Below are positions 51,890 through 62,629 of a stretch of DNA of 64,000 bases, piece by piece. Where the stretch lies: the NCBI GenBank assembly GCA_963822445.1, contig CAWGHO010000003.1:1600001-1664000 (forward strand), read 5' to 3'. The position numbers and the translations under genes were made by a program. Below the pieces are notes generated by a model, which saw only the letters and a program-made list of their open reading frames with translations, made no database searches and was not told the origin of the DNA. Each line of letters opens with the position of its first letter. The first letter of the stretch is position 1. The DNA comes from an uncultured Acidobacteriota bacterium. Lineage in GTDB: Bacteria > Acidobacteriota > Thermoanaerobaculia > Gp7-AA8.

Positions 51890-54323
51890 ATGCCCGGCCT
51901 CTCCGAATACGCCCAGATCGCGATCCCCGTCGCCGTCCACGACACTTACACCTACCGCATCCCTGAGCCGCTCCGCGACGCGGTGCGTCTCGGCTCGCGC
52001 GTCGAAGTTCCGCTCGGCACCAAGACCACGACGGGATTCGTGATCGCGCTGCTCGACCAGACCACCGTCGACGCGAAGAAGATGAAGCCGATCCGGGCCG
52101 TGCTCGATGATGAAGAACCGGCGCTGATTCCGGAGATCATCGACCTCTGTCGCTGGGCGGCCGAGTACTACATCGCTCCGCCCGGCGAAATGCTGCGCGT
52201 GGCGTTGCCCGCGAACATGGCCGCGCGCGGACGGCGACAGGCGGTGCTGACCGGCGACGCGGCGATGATCGAAAGCGCGATCGAGCGCAAACAGATTCTT
52301 CCCGCGGACCTGGCCGTCGTCGACGAGCTTTCCAAACGGCCCGTCGCCCTCAATTCCCTGTTCGAAGACATGAAGGTGTCGCGATCGGCGATCGAGCGAT
52401 TGCGCGATGCCGGGATCATCGCCATTCACGATCGTCTGCGCGATGCCGAGGGCGTGCGTTACGACCGGTTCGTGATTCTCGAAAGCGCACCTGGACCGCT
52501 CACGCCCAAGCAGGAAGCCGCGGCGGACTTGTTGCGTGCGCGTGGCGGCGAGCTTTCCGTTCGTGCGCTCGAGCATGGCGGCGTGAGTGCGTCGGTTCTT
52601 TCGGCGTTGCTGAAGAAAGGGGTCGTGCGCATCGAGCGCCGCGCGCGCCGTCACACCCTCGACGCCTTCCTGGCCGGCCTCGGCGAAGTGCCGACGGGCG
52701 AGATCACCTACTCGGACGAACAACGCGCTGCAATCGCCGCGGTCCGTCCGGCCCTGGGCACATTCGCGCCGTTTCTTCTCGAAGGGGTCACCGGGAGCGG
52801 GAAGACCGAGGTTTACATCGAGTTGATGCGGGAAGTGGTGAAGCGGGGAGAGCAGGCCATCCTGCTCGTGCCGGAAATCTCGCTGACGCCCGTCTTCGCC
52901 TCGCGATTGAAAGAGCGCTTCGGCGAGCGCATCGCCATCCTGCACAGCAACCTCTCCGCGAGCGAGCGTTACGACCAATGGTGGCGCGCGCGGCGCGGCG
53001 AAGTCGACGTCGCGATCGGTCCGCGTTCCGCGCTCTTCACGCCGTTCCAGCGGCTCGGACTCATCGTCGTCGACGAAGAAGGCGACGGTGCCTACAAGCA
53101 GGAAGAAACGCCGCGCTACAACGCGCGCGATCTCGCTGTCGTGCGCGCGCAACTGCGCAAGATTCCGGTCGATTCTCGGTTCAGCTACGCCGTCGCTCGA
53201 ATCGCGCGAGAACGCCGCTCGCGGCAAGTACACGTTGCTTCGAATGACCGCGCGCGTTGAGGCACGGCCGCTACCGGACGTGGAGATCATTGACTTGCGC
53301 AAAGAGCGCGCGGAGAAGGAAGACAAAGGCTTCGTCATCTTCTCGACCGATCTGAAGAGAGCGCTGCACGAGACGTTCGAGGCCGGCGAGCAGGCGATCA
53401 TCCTCATCAATCGCCGCGGCTACGCGCCGTACCTGCTCTGCCGCGAATGCGGCCACGAGTTCCGCTGCCGCGACTGCAGCGTGACGATGACCGTCCATCG
53501 CCGCGAGGGTCTGCTGATCTGCCATTACTGCGGTCTCAGCGCGCAGATGCCGAAACGCTGTCCGCTCTGTCAGGGCGAAGTGCTGCAGCCGATCGGCTTC
53601 GGCACGGAAAAGGTCGAAGAACGGTTTCTGCGCGATTTTCCGGGCATTTCCTCGGCTGTTCTCGATCGCGACTCGACCCGTAAGAAAGGATCGCTGGTCG
53701 GGATCCTCGATCGCTTTCGTCGCGGCGAGACGCGGGCGTTGATCGGCACGCAGATGTTGAGCAAGGGCCACCACTTTCCCAGCGTCACCCTCACCGCCGT
53801 GCTCAACGCCGACTCGATCCTCGGCTATCCCGACTTCCGGTCCGCGGAGAAGACGTTCTACCTGCTCACCCAGGTCGCGGGACGCTCCGGCCGCGGCGAG
53901 TTGCGCGGGAAGGTGCTGATTCAAACCGCTTTTCCGACGCATTACGCGATTCAGCACGCGCTGCGGCATGACTACGAGTCGTTCTACGAAGCGGAGATCC
54001 AGTTCCGCAAGACGTTTCACTACCCGCCGGTGACGTCGATGATCGCCATCCTCTTTCGCGGCGAGAATCTGACCGACGTCGAGCGCGCCGCGACCGAATG
54101 CGGCCGCATGCTGGAGGAGGCACTCGAGCCACAGGCCGGATCACGCATTCAGGGACCGGCCGCGGCGCCCCTCGCTCGCATCAAAGGCGTCTGGCGGTTT
54201 CAGATCCTGTTGCGCTCGCCTCAGCGGATCGCACTGCGCCGCGCGGTCGAAGCGGTGATGCTTCCGCGAAAGTTCAAAGGAGTGGACATCGCCATCGACG
54301 TCGATCCGATTAACATTCTCTGA
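51890..54323 (+). CDS. priA: primosomal protein N' (1-nt insertion near 53171)
   Basis: [27 protein letters not shown], CxxC zinc pairs, QVAGRSGR, DVDP. Confidence 0.95.
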
Positions 54324-55589
54324 ATGCTCGCCGAGCTCGTTCTCGTGACCCGCCTCCTCGGACTCCTCAGAGGCGAATACCAGGTCGCGATTCAGGTCGA
54401 TCCGAAAGTCGCGCGGGTCGATCTTCTGCGCGACGGCCAGATCGCTGCGACCGTCAAAGGCGCGCCGTGGCAGGCCTTGCTCAATTTCGGCGAAGAGCTG
54501 GTTCCACAGGAGCTCACCGCGGTCGCCTACGACGCGAACGGCACCGAAGTCGGACGGGACACGCAGCTCGTGAATCTGCCGCGTCCTCCCGCGGAAGCCT
54601 CGATCGATCTGCGGCGCGAAGCGAACGGCTTACGCGCGACCGTGCTATGGCAGCACATCGCCTCCGCGAACATCCGCCACATCACCTGGAAGCTCGACGG
54701 AAAGGATCTCGGAGGGGACGGCCCGACGGTGCTGCTTCCGCCGTTCGAAGCGAAGAATCTGCATGTCGTCGAAGCCGCGGTGACGTTCCGCGACGGCGTC
54801 GTCGCGCGGCACGAGCGCGTTTTCGGCGGCGTGTTCACCGAGGAGGTGCCGACCGAGCTGACTGGGATCGTGGTTCGCCGTGAGGAGGGTTCTACCGATC
54901 TCGCGCGCTGCTTCAGTCTGCGCGGTGACCCTGTTCCGGCGGCGGCCGTCGAGCTGGGGGATTCACCGATCGTCATGTTTGTGCGCAATCCTGATGGTGC
55001 GCAGGCCCGGTACGCGTTGGGAAAGCTCAGCCCCGGCGGGAACGTCAATCGATTCGACCTCGCCTCCGACGTCCGGATCATCTGGCCGAATGCGACCGCG
55101 ATCGTCGCGAAAGAAACGCGGTTCGTAACGAACCTGTTCGAGCACACTCAGGTCATCCCCGGGAAACGCGGCACGTATGAATTGCTAACCGGCGGAGCAC
55201 GGCCGCGGAAGATCGAGCATCGTTATGCCGACGCGGTTGCGGTCGCGGGGCTTCACGCGGCCCTCGGAGCGCGGCGGCGCGCGGTCGTACTGGTGCTCGG
55301 AAGCGAGAAGGATCACAGCCGTTTGAATGCGCAGGTGGTTAAGCGTTACCTCGAGCGGATCGGCGTGCCGCTGCAGGTCTGGTCGCTGCTCCGTTCGAGC
55401 AAGAACATCGCCGCGGTCTGGGGAGATGTGGTCGATGTTTCCGATCAGAAGAAGCTGCAGCGCGCGACCGCGGATCTGCAGAGAGACCTCGATGAGCAGC
55501 GCGTGGCCTGGTTGCCGTTGAAGCCACTGGATGCGCTGAAGGTGGAGACCGAGGAAGACTGCGCGCTCGAGCCGGTCGCGCGGCCGTAA
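54324..55589 (+). CDS. hypothetical protein: Ig-like N-terminus + degenerate VWA-like C-terminus
   Basis: ELTAVAYDANG..VG.D Ig motif; ADAVAVAG...RRAVVLVL...D.S. Confidence 0.6.
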   Translation: MLAELVLVTRLLGLLRGEYQVAIQVDPKVARVDLLRDGQIAATVKGAPWQALLNFGEELVPQELTAVAYDANGTEVGRDTQLVNLPRPPAEASIDLRREANGLRATVLWQHIASANIRHITWKLDGKDLGGDGPTVLLPPFEAKNLHVVEAAVTFRDGVVARHERVFGGVFTEEVPTELTGIVVRREEGSTDLARCFSLRGDPVPAAAVELGDSPIVMFVRNPDGAQARYALGKLSPGGNVNRFDLASDVRIIWPNATAIVAKETRFVTNLFEHTQVIPGKRGTYELLTGGARPRKIEHRYADAVAVAGLHAALGARRRAVVLVLGSEKDHSRLNAQVVKRYLERIGVPLQVWSLLRSSKNIAAVWGDVVDVSDQKKLQRATADLQRDLDEQRVAWLPLKPLDALKVETEEDCALEPVARP

Positions 55590-55591
55590 GG

Positions 55592-55658
55592 GTGTGGTGT
55601 AGGCCTCTGGCCTGCCTTTCCCAGCGCTCCGAGGCAGGCCGGAGGCCTGCACCACACC
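55592..55658. repeat. REP-like palindrome doublet (GTGGTGYAGGCC family) between convergent genes
   Basis: GTGTGGTGTAGGCCTCTGGCCTGCCT ... AGGCAGGCCGGAGGCCTGCACCACAC. Confidence 0.8.
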
Positions 55659-56261
55659 TCAGGCCATCGGCTCGCGACGAAGCGGCTCGTTCAACACGAC
55701 CAGCCCTTCATACAACCGCTCATCGATGCCCGGATCGATCTCGCGGATGCGCGGCACGAGCCGCTGCACGTGATCGATGACGCTCAACATCGCCGCCCAG
55801 AGAGGCTCGGCATTCGAGCGCTCGAAGGTCTGGAAAGGGAAGCGGCGGCCGAACGTCTCCGCGTCGGCTTCCTTCAGATTCGTGACCGCGTGACTGATGC
55901 TCCAGCTGACCCGATTGGCGAGATCCGCCGGTGGATGATTGTTGCCGCGGGGGCGGCGCGCGACGTCGGCAACGCGATCGATGTCGCGGCATAGCGCGCG
56001 CAGCTCGTGCTCGAGCGGCGAGTGACGCGGATCGTTTCCCGGAAGCGCCGCATACACGGCATACAGCTTCTCGATGCGGTGGCGCAGGTCGCCGTCGAGC
56101 TTCTGGATCATCCAGCCGATGGCCGGGACATGGCGCATGCGCTCGTTGTCGCGCCAGTGCTCCTGCAACGAAAGTTGTGCAGTCGGTTCGGGCGTCACAG
56201 GCTCCGGTGCAGAGCCTTCTGGATCATCACTCGGAGTGACCGGTTCTTCAGTTGCCAGCAT
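55659..56261 (-). CDS. hypothetical helical protein
   Basis: 200-aa ORF filling the gap, typical codon bias; no recognised motif. Confidence 0.6.
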   Translation of the reverse strand: MLATEEPVTPSDDPEGSAPEPVTPEPTAQLSLQEHWRDNERMRHVPAIGWMIQKLDGDLRHRIEKLYAVYAALPGNDPRHSPLEHELRALCRDIDRVADVARRPRGNNHPPADLANRVSWSISHAVTNLKEADAETFGRRFPFQTFERSNAEPLWAAMLSVIDHVQRLVPRIREIDPGIDERLYEGLVVLNEPLRREPMA

Positions 56262-56289
56262 GTACTTTCTTTGTTAGGGTCCACCCGCG

Positions 56290-57244
56290 ATGAGCGCCGA
56301 CCCGACGCAGTTCGAAGAGCCAATCCTCCGTATTCGGCGTCGCATCGATGAGCTCACGGCACTGGAGTCGGAGCCGGCGCGGGAAGCTGAGATCGCTGAG
56401 CTGCGGACGAAGCTTACCAAAGTCTCCTCTGAAATCTACTCGAACCTCACCCCTTGGCAGAAGACGCTGGTCGCGCGCAACGCCCAGCGGCCCTACACCC
56501 TCGACTTCATCGCCATGATGTTCGAGGAGTGGACGGAGATCCACGGCGACCGCAAGTTCTGGGACGACATGGCCGTGGTGACTGGATTTGCCCGCTTCCG
56601 GGGCACGCCCTGCTGCGTGATCGGCCATCAGAAGGGGCGGAACACCAAGGAAAAGATCGCCCGCAACTTCGGCCAGCCCCGTCCGGAAGGCTTTCGCAAG
56701 GCGCTTGCGGGTGATGAAGCTGGCGGAGAAATTCAAGCTGCCGATCTTCACCTTCATCGACACGCCAGGGCGCGTATCCCGGCATCGGCGCCGAAGAGCG
56801 CGGACAGGCCGAGGCCATCGCCGTGAACCTGCGGGAGATGGCCGCGCTGAAGGTGCCGATCATCGTCACGGTGATCGGCGAAGGCGGCAGCGGCGGCGCA
56901 CTGGCGCTCGGCGTCGGCGATCGCGTCCTGATGCTCGAGCATGCTGTCTACTCGGTCATCTCGCCCGAGGGATGTGCCGCGATTCTCTGGAAGAACTCGG
57001 CCGCTGCACCGGATGCCGCGGCGGCGCATGAAGATCACCGCCGAGCGATCTCAACAAGCTCGGCGTCATCGACGAGATCGTCCCCGAGCCCAACGGCGGC
57101 GCGCACGCCGACCCTGCCGCGGCAGCCGAGCTGCTCGCGCCTTACCTCGAGCGCGCGCTCAAGGACGTGCAGAAGTTGAAAGGGCCGGCGCTGCTGGACG
57201 AGCGGTTCAAGAAGTTCAGGAAGATGGGGGTTTTCGAGAAGTAG
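56290..57244 (+). CDS. accA: acetyl-CoA carboxylase carboxyltransferase alpha (frameshifted, probably errors)
   Basis: [57 protein letters not shown]. Confidence 0.93.
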
Positions 57245-57294
57245 TCTACCGGGCAGTCGCATGAATTTCCCCATTTGCGCTACCCTCCCAAACG

Positions 57295-58963
57295 GTGATC
57301 CACGACCTCTGGACCCTCGCCACACCACCCCCTGACAACCCGCGGATTCCCATCGCCAACGCGACGTTGCGCTCGCTGCTCATCCGTCGCGGCGTCGAGG
57401 ACGAGGAGTCGTACCGGCGGTTCGTCGCGCCGGCGATCGGCGATCTGCACGACCCTCCACGATTCACGGAATCGACCATGCCTGCGAGCGCATCGCCCGC
57501 GCTGTTCGCGACAAAGAAGGGATCGTCATCTACGGCGACTACGACGTCGACGGCGTCACCTCGATCGTCCTGCTGCAAACCGTCCTCAAGTCCCTCGGCG
57601 CGGACGCCGGCTTCGTCGTCCCGCATCGCCTCGTCGACGGCTACGGACTCAAGACCGAAGTGCTGGAGCGCGTGCTGGCCGAGCGGAACGTAAAGCTCGT
57701 AATCACAGTGGATTGCGGCATCACCAGCATCGAGCCGGTGCGTCGCGCGCTCGGCCCAGGGCATCGACGTCATCATCACCGACCACCACCTGCCGCCGGG
57801 CGAGCTTCCCGATGCCGCGGCGGTGCTGAATCCGAAGCAGCCCGGATGCGAGTATCCGTTCAAGGAGCTGGCGGGAGTCGGCGTGGCCTTCAAGCTCTGT
57901 TGCGAGTTGATCCGCCGGGCGGGGAAGAAGATCTCCATCGACTCGCTGCTGAAGATCGCCGCCATCGGTACCATCGCCGACGTCGCACCGCTGATCGGCG
58001 AGAACCGCACCATCGCCAGCCTCGGACTCGCCGGTCTGGCCACCGTCCGGAACGCCGGTCTTCGGGCGCATGTTGCGGCGCCTGGGCCTCGAAGGGCGGC
58101 CTCTACGAGCGGTAGACGTCGGCTTCAAGATCGGACCACGAATCAACGCCGCGGGACGCCTCGCATCCGCGAATACGGCCATCGATCTTTTCGCGGCGGT
58201 TGATGAAGAAGCAGCGTGGGAGCTCTGCGCGGAGCTCGACCGGATGAATGTCGAGCGCCAGCAGATCGAGCTGCAGGTGCGCGAGGCGGCCGAAGCGCAG
58301 GTGCTTGGCGGCGAGCGCATCCTGATCCTCGCCGGCGAGGGCTGGCACCGCGGGGTCCTCGGCCTGACCGCCGGCCGCATCGCCCAGCGCTATCACCGTC
58401 CGACGCTGGTCATGACCATCGAAGGTGACCTGTGCGTCGGTTCGGGCCGCAGCATCACCACCATCAACCTGCACGAGCAGCTCGACGCGGTGCACGAGCT
58501 CTTCACCCATTTCGGCGGCCACGAGTTCGCCTGTGGTTTTTCGCTCGAGACGCGCAATCTGCCGGCTCTGCGCGAACTGCTGCACGCACGCTTCGCCGCG
58601 ATCGACGAAGAGCGTTTCTGCCGCGAAGCCCACATCGACGCGACGCTGACGCTCAGCGAGGTCGGCGAGGAGTTCCTCGCCGCACACGAGATGCTCCAGC
58701 CTTTCGGTGCCGGCAATCCGCAGCCGCTGTTTCTCATCGAGAACGTCGAGATCACCGGCACGCGCACGTTTGCGGAGGATTGCTGCGAGCTGTCGCTGAA
58801 GGACGCGACGGGGAGGGCGGTGGGGGTGTTGTGGCCGAGCGCGAAGCAGCTCGCCGGTGCGATCGCGAAAGGGCCTTTGGATCTGCTCGTGAAGCTCGAG
58901 CCGGATCGGTATCACGCAGCCCGGCTCGAGATCGTCGACGCGCGCGTCACCGCATCTGCGTAG
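57295..58963 (+). CDS. recJ: ssDNA exonuclease RecJ (frameshifted, probably errors)
   Basis: YGDYDVDG, TVDCG, TDHH, GTIADV, PRINAAGR, GSGRS, GGH, PFGAGN. Confidence 0.93.
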
Positions 58964-59375
58964 CCGGTTTCACGAACCCCCGGTGGCAGGTCGTGCAATT
59001 CACCGTGGCCTCGGTGTTGTCGATGTGGTCCATCGTCGCCAGCTTTTTGTTCAGCTCCTCGGTCATCAGGATCATTTCGCGAGCGGCGTTCTTGGGCCGC
59101 TTCTCGTCGGCCTCCCAGCGATCCTCGCTGTGGCAATGGTCGCAGCCGACGCCGAGGGAGCGGGAGTAGCCGATGTCCATGACGCGGAGGAAGCGGGCGG
59201 CCGGCATCGACTTGAGAATCGTGACGTTCCTGAAGACTTCGCCGGCGGGCCGGTTCTCCTTGCCTTTGATGGCCTGGAGCAGCTCGGTGACGTGGTGGTT
59301 TTCCTTCGGAGCCTCGCCGGCGCCGAGAAAGAGGAACATCGCGGCGAGCGCGACCGCAACACGGATCCGCATCAT
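58947..59375 (-). CDS. secreted diheme c-type cytochrome (reaction-centre cytochrome c-like family)
   Basis: AGGAGG RBS, signal peptide, CDHCH and CTTCH, FRNVTIL, AREMILM. Confidence 0.85.
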   Translation of the reverse strand: MMRIRVAVALAAMFLFLGAGEAPKENHHVTELLQAIKGKENRPAGEVFRNVTILKSMPAARFLRVMDIGYSRSLGVGCDHCHSEDRWEADEKRPKNAAREMILMTEELNKKLATMDHIDNTEATVNCTTCHRGFVKPATQMR

Positions 59376-59449
59376 GACCTCCTGATGTCGGCCGATCGTA
59401 CACGGCGGTCGGAACGAATCCCGTGGCGAAGGTGTTACGGCCCAACGAC

Positions 59450-61412
59450 ATGCAGCGCACAGTCCGAGTCCTGCGCATCGCGCTGCCCATCCTCTTCGTC
59501 GGTTTCGTGGCCGTGCTCGTCCTGAGTTGGAACCGAAGCACAGCCGGAACCCGCAAGACGAACACTGCTCCGGTCACCTCCACCCAGCGCCCGAACGACA
59601 AAGGTCTCGTAGAAGGCATGGCCTTCGAGGACGTGCAGACGATCGGCGGGCGGGTCGTCTCGCGGATTCGCGCGCGCCGGGTCACGTCGCATGAGTCGGG
59701 CTGGGCCACGCTCGAAGAGGCGTACCTGACCGTGTACCGCGCGAATGGTCTGACCTACGAGGTGGCCTGTCCGCAGGCGCAGTTCCACGCCGACACCAAG
59801 GAGGCCGAGGCCAAGGGCGGTGTGAGCGTGACGTCGAGCGACGGCATTTCGCTGAAGACCGCGGAGATCAAGTTCGACGGGAACCGGCTCACGAATGATG
59901 TGGCGGTGGAGTTCACCATCGATCGCTGGCAAGGCAAGGCCGGCGCGCTCGATCTGGATGTCGCCGGCGAGACATTGCGCCTGCACAAGAACGTTACTGC
60001 GGTGATGACACCGGCCAGCCCGACGGAGCTGCCGATGACCCTGAGCGGCGAGCAGAGCATCTTCCATCGCCGCGACAACACAGTCAGCCTTCGAAAAATC
60101 GGTGGAGATGGTGCGCGGCCCGGAGAACGTGAAGGCCGATTTCGTGATCGGACGCTTCACCCAGGACCGCAAGCAGATCATCGGCCTCGAGGGCAACGGC
60201 AACGCCAAGATCGTCATGGCCGGGTCCACTGCACCAGGCGAAGACCTCGGCGGCCGCAAAGAGATCACCTGCGACGGGTTCTTCACCGAGATCGGACCCG
60301 GTGGCGAGCTCACCGCGATCAACGCCCGCAGCGCGGAGAACCTGGCGAAAGCGATCCTCGACGGGCCGCCGCGCCGCGAGATCACCGCGCGTGGGTTCCG
60401 CGTGGCGCTCGCGAACAAAGCGGTCACCGAGATCAAAGCCGACTGGCAGGTGGTGATGAAGGAGCTCGGTCCGGCGCCGCGCGAGATTCTCTCGGAGCAT
60501 GTGACCGTTTACTTCGATCCGAACTCGCGGCGCGCCCGCTCGGCGTATCTCGAAGGCAACTTCCGCTACACCGATCCGAAGACCACCGCGTCGGCGTTCC
60601 GCGCGAACTACGACATCGCTGGCGATCGCATCGTGCTGACCACCGATCCGGGCTGGCAGGCGACAGTCGTCGCCGACGGCCACACGCTGAAAGCGAAGCA
60701 GATCGAGTTCTCGCCGCGGGGCCAGACCGCACGCGCATCCGGCGCGGTCATCGCCCAACTCGCGTCGAAGGGGAAGGGAACCGTATCGGCTGACGCGACG
60801 ACGCTCTTTCCATCGGGCAAACCGGTCTTCGTGAATGCCGACGAGCTGCTGATGCGGCAGGCCAATCGCACGGCGGTCTTCACCGGCAACGTGAAAGCCT
60901 GGCAGGACACGAACACGATCCTCACCGATGAGCTGCAGGTGCAGGGAGCAGGCGACGGCGTGACCGCGCGCGGCAACGTGCGCACGATGCTCTACAACAG
61001 TGCCGACCCGCAGCGCCGCACGCCGGTGCAATCGACGAGCGATCAGATGATCGCGCGCAAAAGCGACAAGCGCATCGACCTGGTCGGCAAAGTCACGATC
61101 ATCGACGACGCCCGCCGCCTCGAATCGGAGAAGGCCTCGTTCTTCTTCACCGACGCGCAGAAGATCCAGCGCATCGAGGCGGAGACGAACGTTCGGGTGA
61201 ACGAGATCCCGACGCAACGCAAAGGCGTCGGCGACAAGGCCACGTACAACGTCGACAAGAAGATGATCTACCTGTACGGCTCGCCGGCAACGGTCACCGA
61301 TCCTCGCGGAACGCTGCACGGAGGCCAGATCCTCTTCGATCTGAATCGCAACAAGGTTCAGGTCATCAGTCCGAGCGGTCAGACCACGGGAACGTACAAG
61401 CACGAGGGGTGA
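59450..61412 (+). CDS. lptC: fused LptC-LptA (OstA beta-jellyroll) LPS transport protein; 1-nt insertion near 60089
   Basis: N-terminal TM, jellyroll repeats, FTGNVKAWQ; removing one C joins ...NTVS|FEKSVEMV; upstream of lptB-rpoN. Confidence 0.75.
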
Positions 61413-61432
61413 CCAACCCGCCCGCCTGACCG

Positions 61433-61460
61433 GTTGCTGAGTTGCTGAGTTGCTGGGTAG
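61433..61460 (+). repeat. left arm octamer array GTTGCTGR x3
   Basis: GTTGCTGA GTTGCTGA GTTGCTGG GTAG. Confidence 0.85.
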
Positions 61461-61469
61461 GATCGGCGC

Positions 61470-61757
61470 GTGTTTGTGACTGTCTGGAAGTTCGTCGTGC
61501 GACCCGAGCGTGCTGCTGAATTTGAGCGGCACTACGGACCGGATGGCTCCTGGGCAGAGCTGTTCCGTCGTTCAGCCGGGTACGTTCGAACGGAGCTGTT
61601 TCGCGGTGACCAGCACGAGTACATCACCATCGACTACTGGGAGAACGCCGACGTCTACCGCGAGTTTCGAGACCGTCACGCTGCCGAGTACGAACGGTTG
61701 GATGCACGGATGGAGGAGCTGACCGAGCGTGAAGAGGCGATTGCCACAACAACCTAG
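61470..61757 (+). CDS. antibiotic-biosynthesis-monooxygenase-like (dimeric alpha/beta barrel) protein
   Basis: FERHYG..G.WA.LF....GYV.TEL, YITIDYW; TAGGAT 6 nt upstream of GTG. Confidence 0.8.
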   Translation: MFVTVWKFVVRPERAAEFERHYGPDGSWAELFRRSAGYVRTELFRGDQHEYITIDYWENADVYREFRDRHAAEYERLDARMEELTEREEAIATTT

Positions 61758-61788
61758 CAACTCAGCAACCCAGCAACTCAGCAACCCC
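61750..61788 (-). repeat. right arm octamer array YYAGCAAC x4, inverted relative to 61433-61460
   Basis: CTAGCAAC TCAGCAAC CCAGCAAC TCAGCAAC. Confidence 0.85.
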
Positions 61789-61805
61789 AATACAATGCCC
61801 TCCGC

Positions 61806-62597
61806 GTGACCGAACGCTACAAAGTTACCCCCGACGTAATCAACGACACCACCGCCGCCGCGCCGCAGGGTCTGCGGCTGGCGGCGTCGCATCTGGTGAA
61901 GGTCTTCAAGAGCCGCAAAGTCGTGCGGGACGTGTCGGTCGAGATTCAGCAGGGGGAGATCGTCGGGTCTTCTCGGGCCGAACGGGGCGGGGAAGACCAC
62001 CACCTTCTACATGATCGTCGGCCTGGTCCGCCCGGACGACGGCACGGTCACCCTCGGCGACGACGACATCACCGACCTGCCGATGTATCTCCGTGCGCAA
62101 CGCGGCCTCAGTTATCTGCCGCAGGAGCCGTCGGTGTTTCGCAAGCTCACCGTCGAAGAGAACCTGATGTCGGTCTTCGAGACCATGCGCCTGCCTCTCG
62201 CGGAGCGCGAGCGTCGCACGCAGCAGCTTCTCGAGGAGTTCGGAATCACGCACATCGCGCGGAGCAGGGCCTACGCGCTTTCAGGGGGTGAGAGGCGGCG
62301 TGTGGAGATCGCCCGCAGCCCTCGCCATCAACCCGGCATTCATCTTGCTAGATGAGCCGTTTGCAGGAATCGATCCAATCGCGGTGTTCGAAATCCAACG
62401 CATCGTTTCGCAGCTTCGGGCGCGTGGGATCGGCATTCTGATCACGGACCATAACGTGCGGGAAACTTTGAAGATCACGGATCGCGCCTATATCATCAAA
62501 GAAGGTGAGATCTTCCGGGCCGGGAGTGCCGGAAAGTCTCTCAGCCGACGCAGAGGTCCGCCGCATCTATCTCGGCGAACAATTCAATCTCAACTGA
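61806..62597 (+). CDS. lptB: LPS export ABC ATPase LptB (frameshifted, probably errors)
   Basis: [56 protein letters not shown]. Confidence 0.93.
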
Positions 62598-62629
62598 CCG
62601 GAGTCGGCACCACAGACGTACCTACCGTA

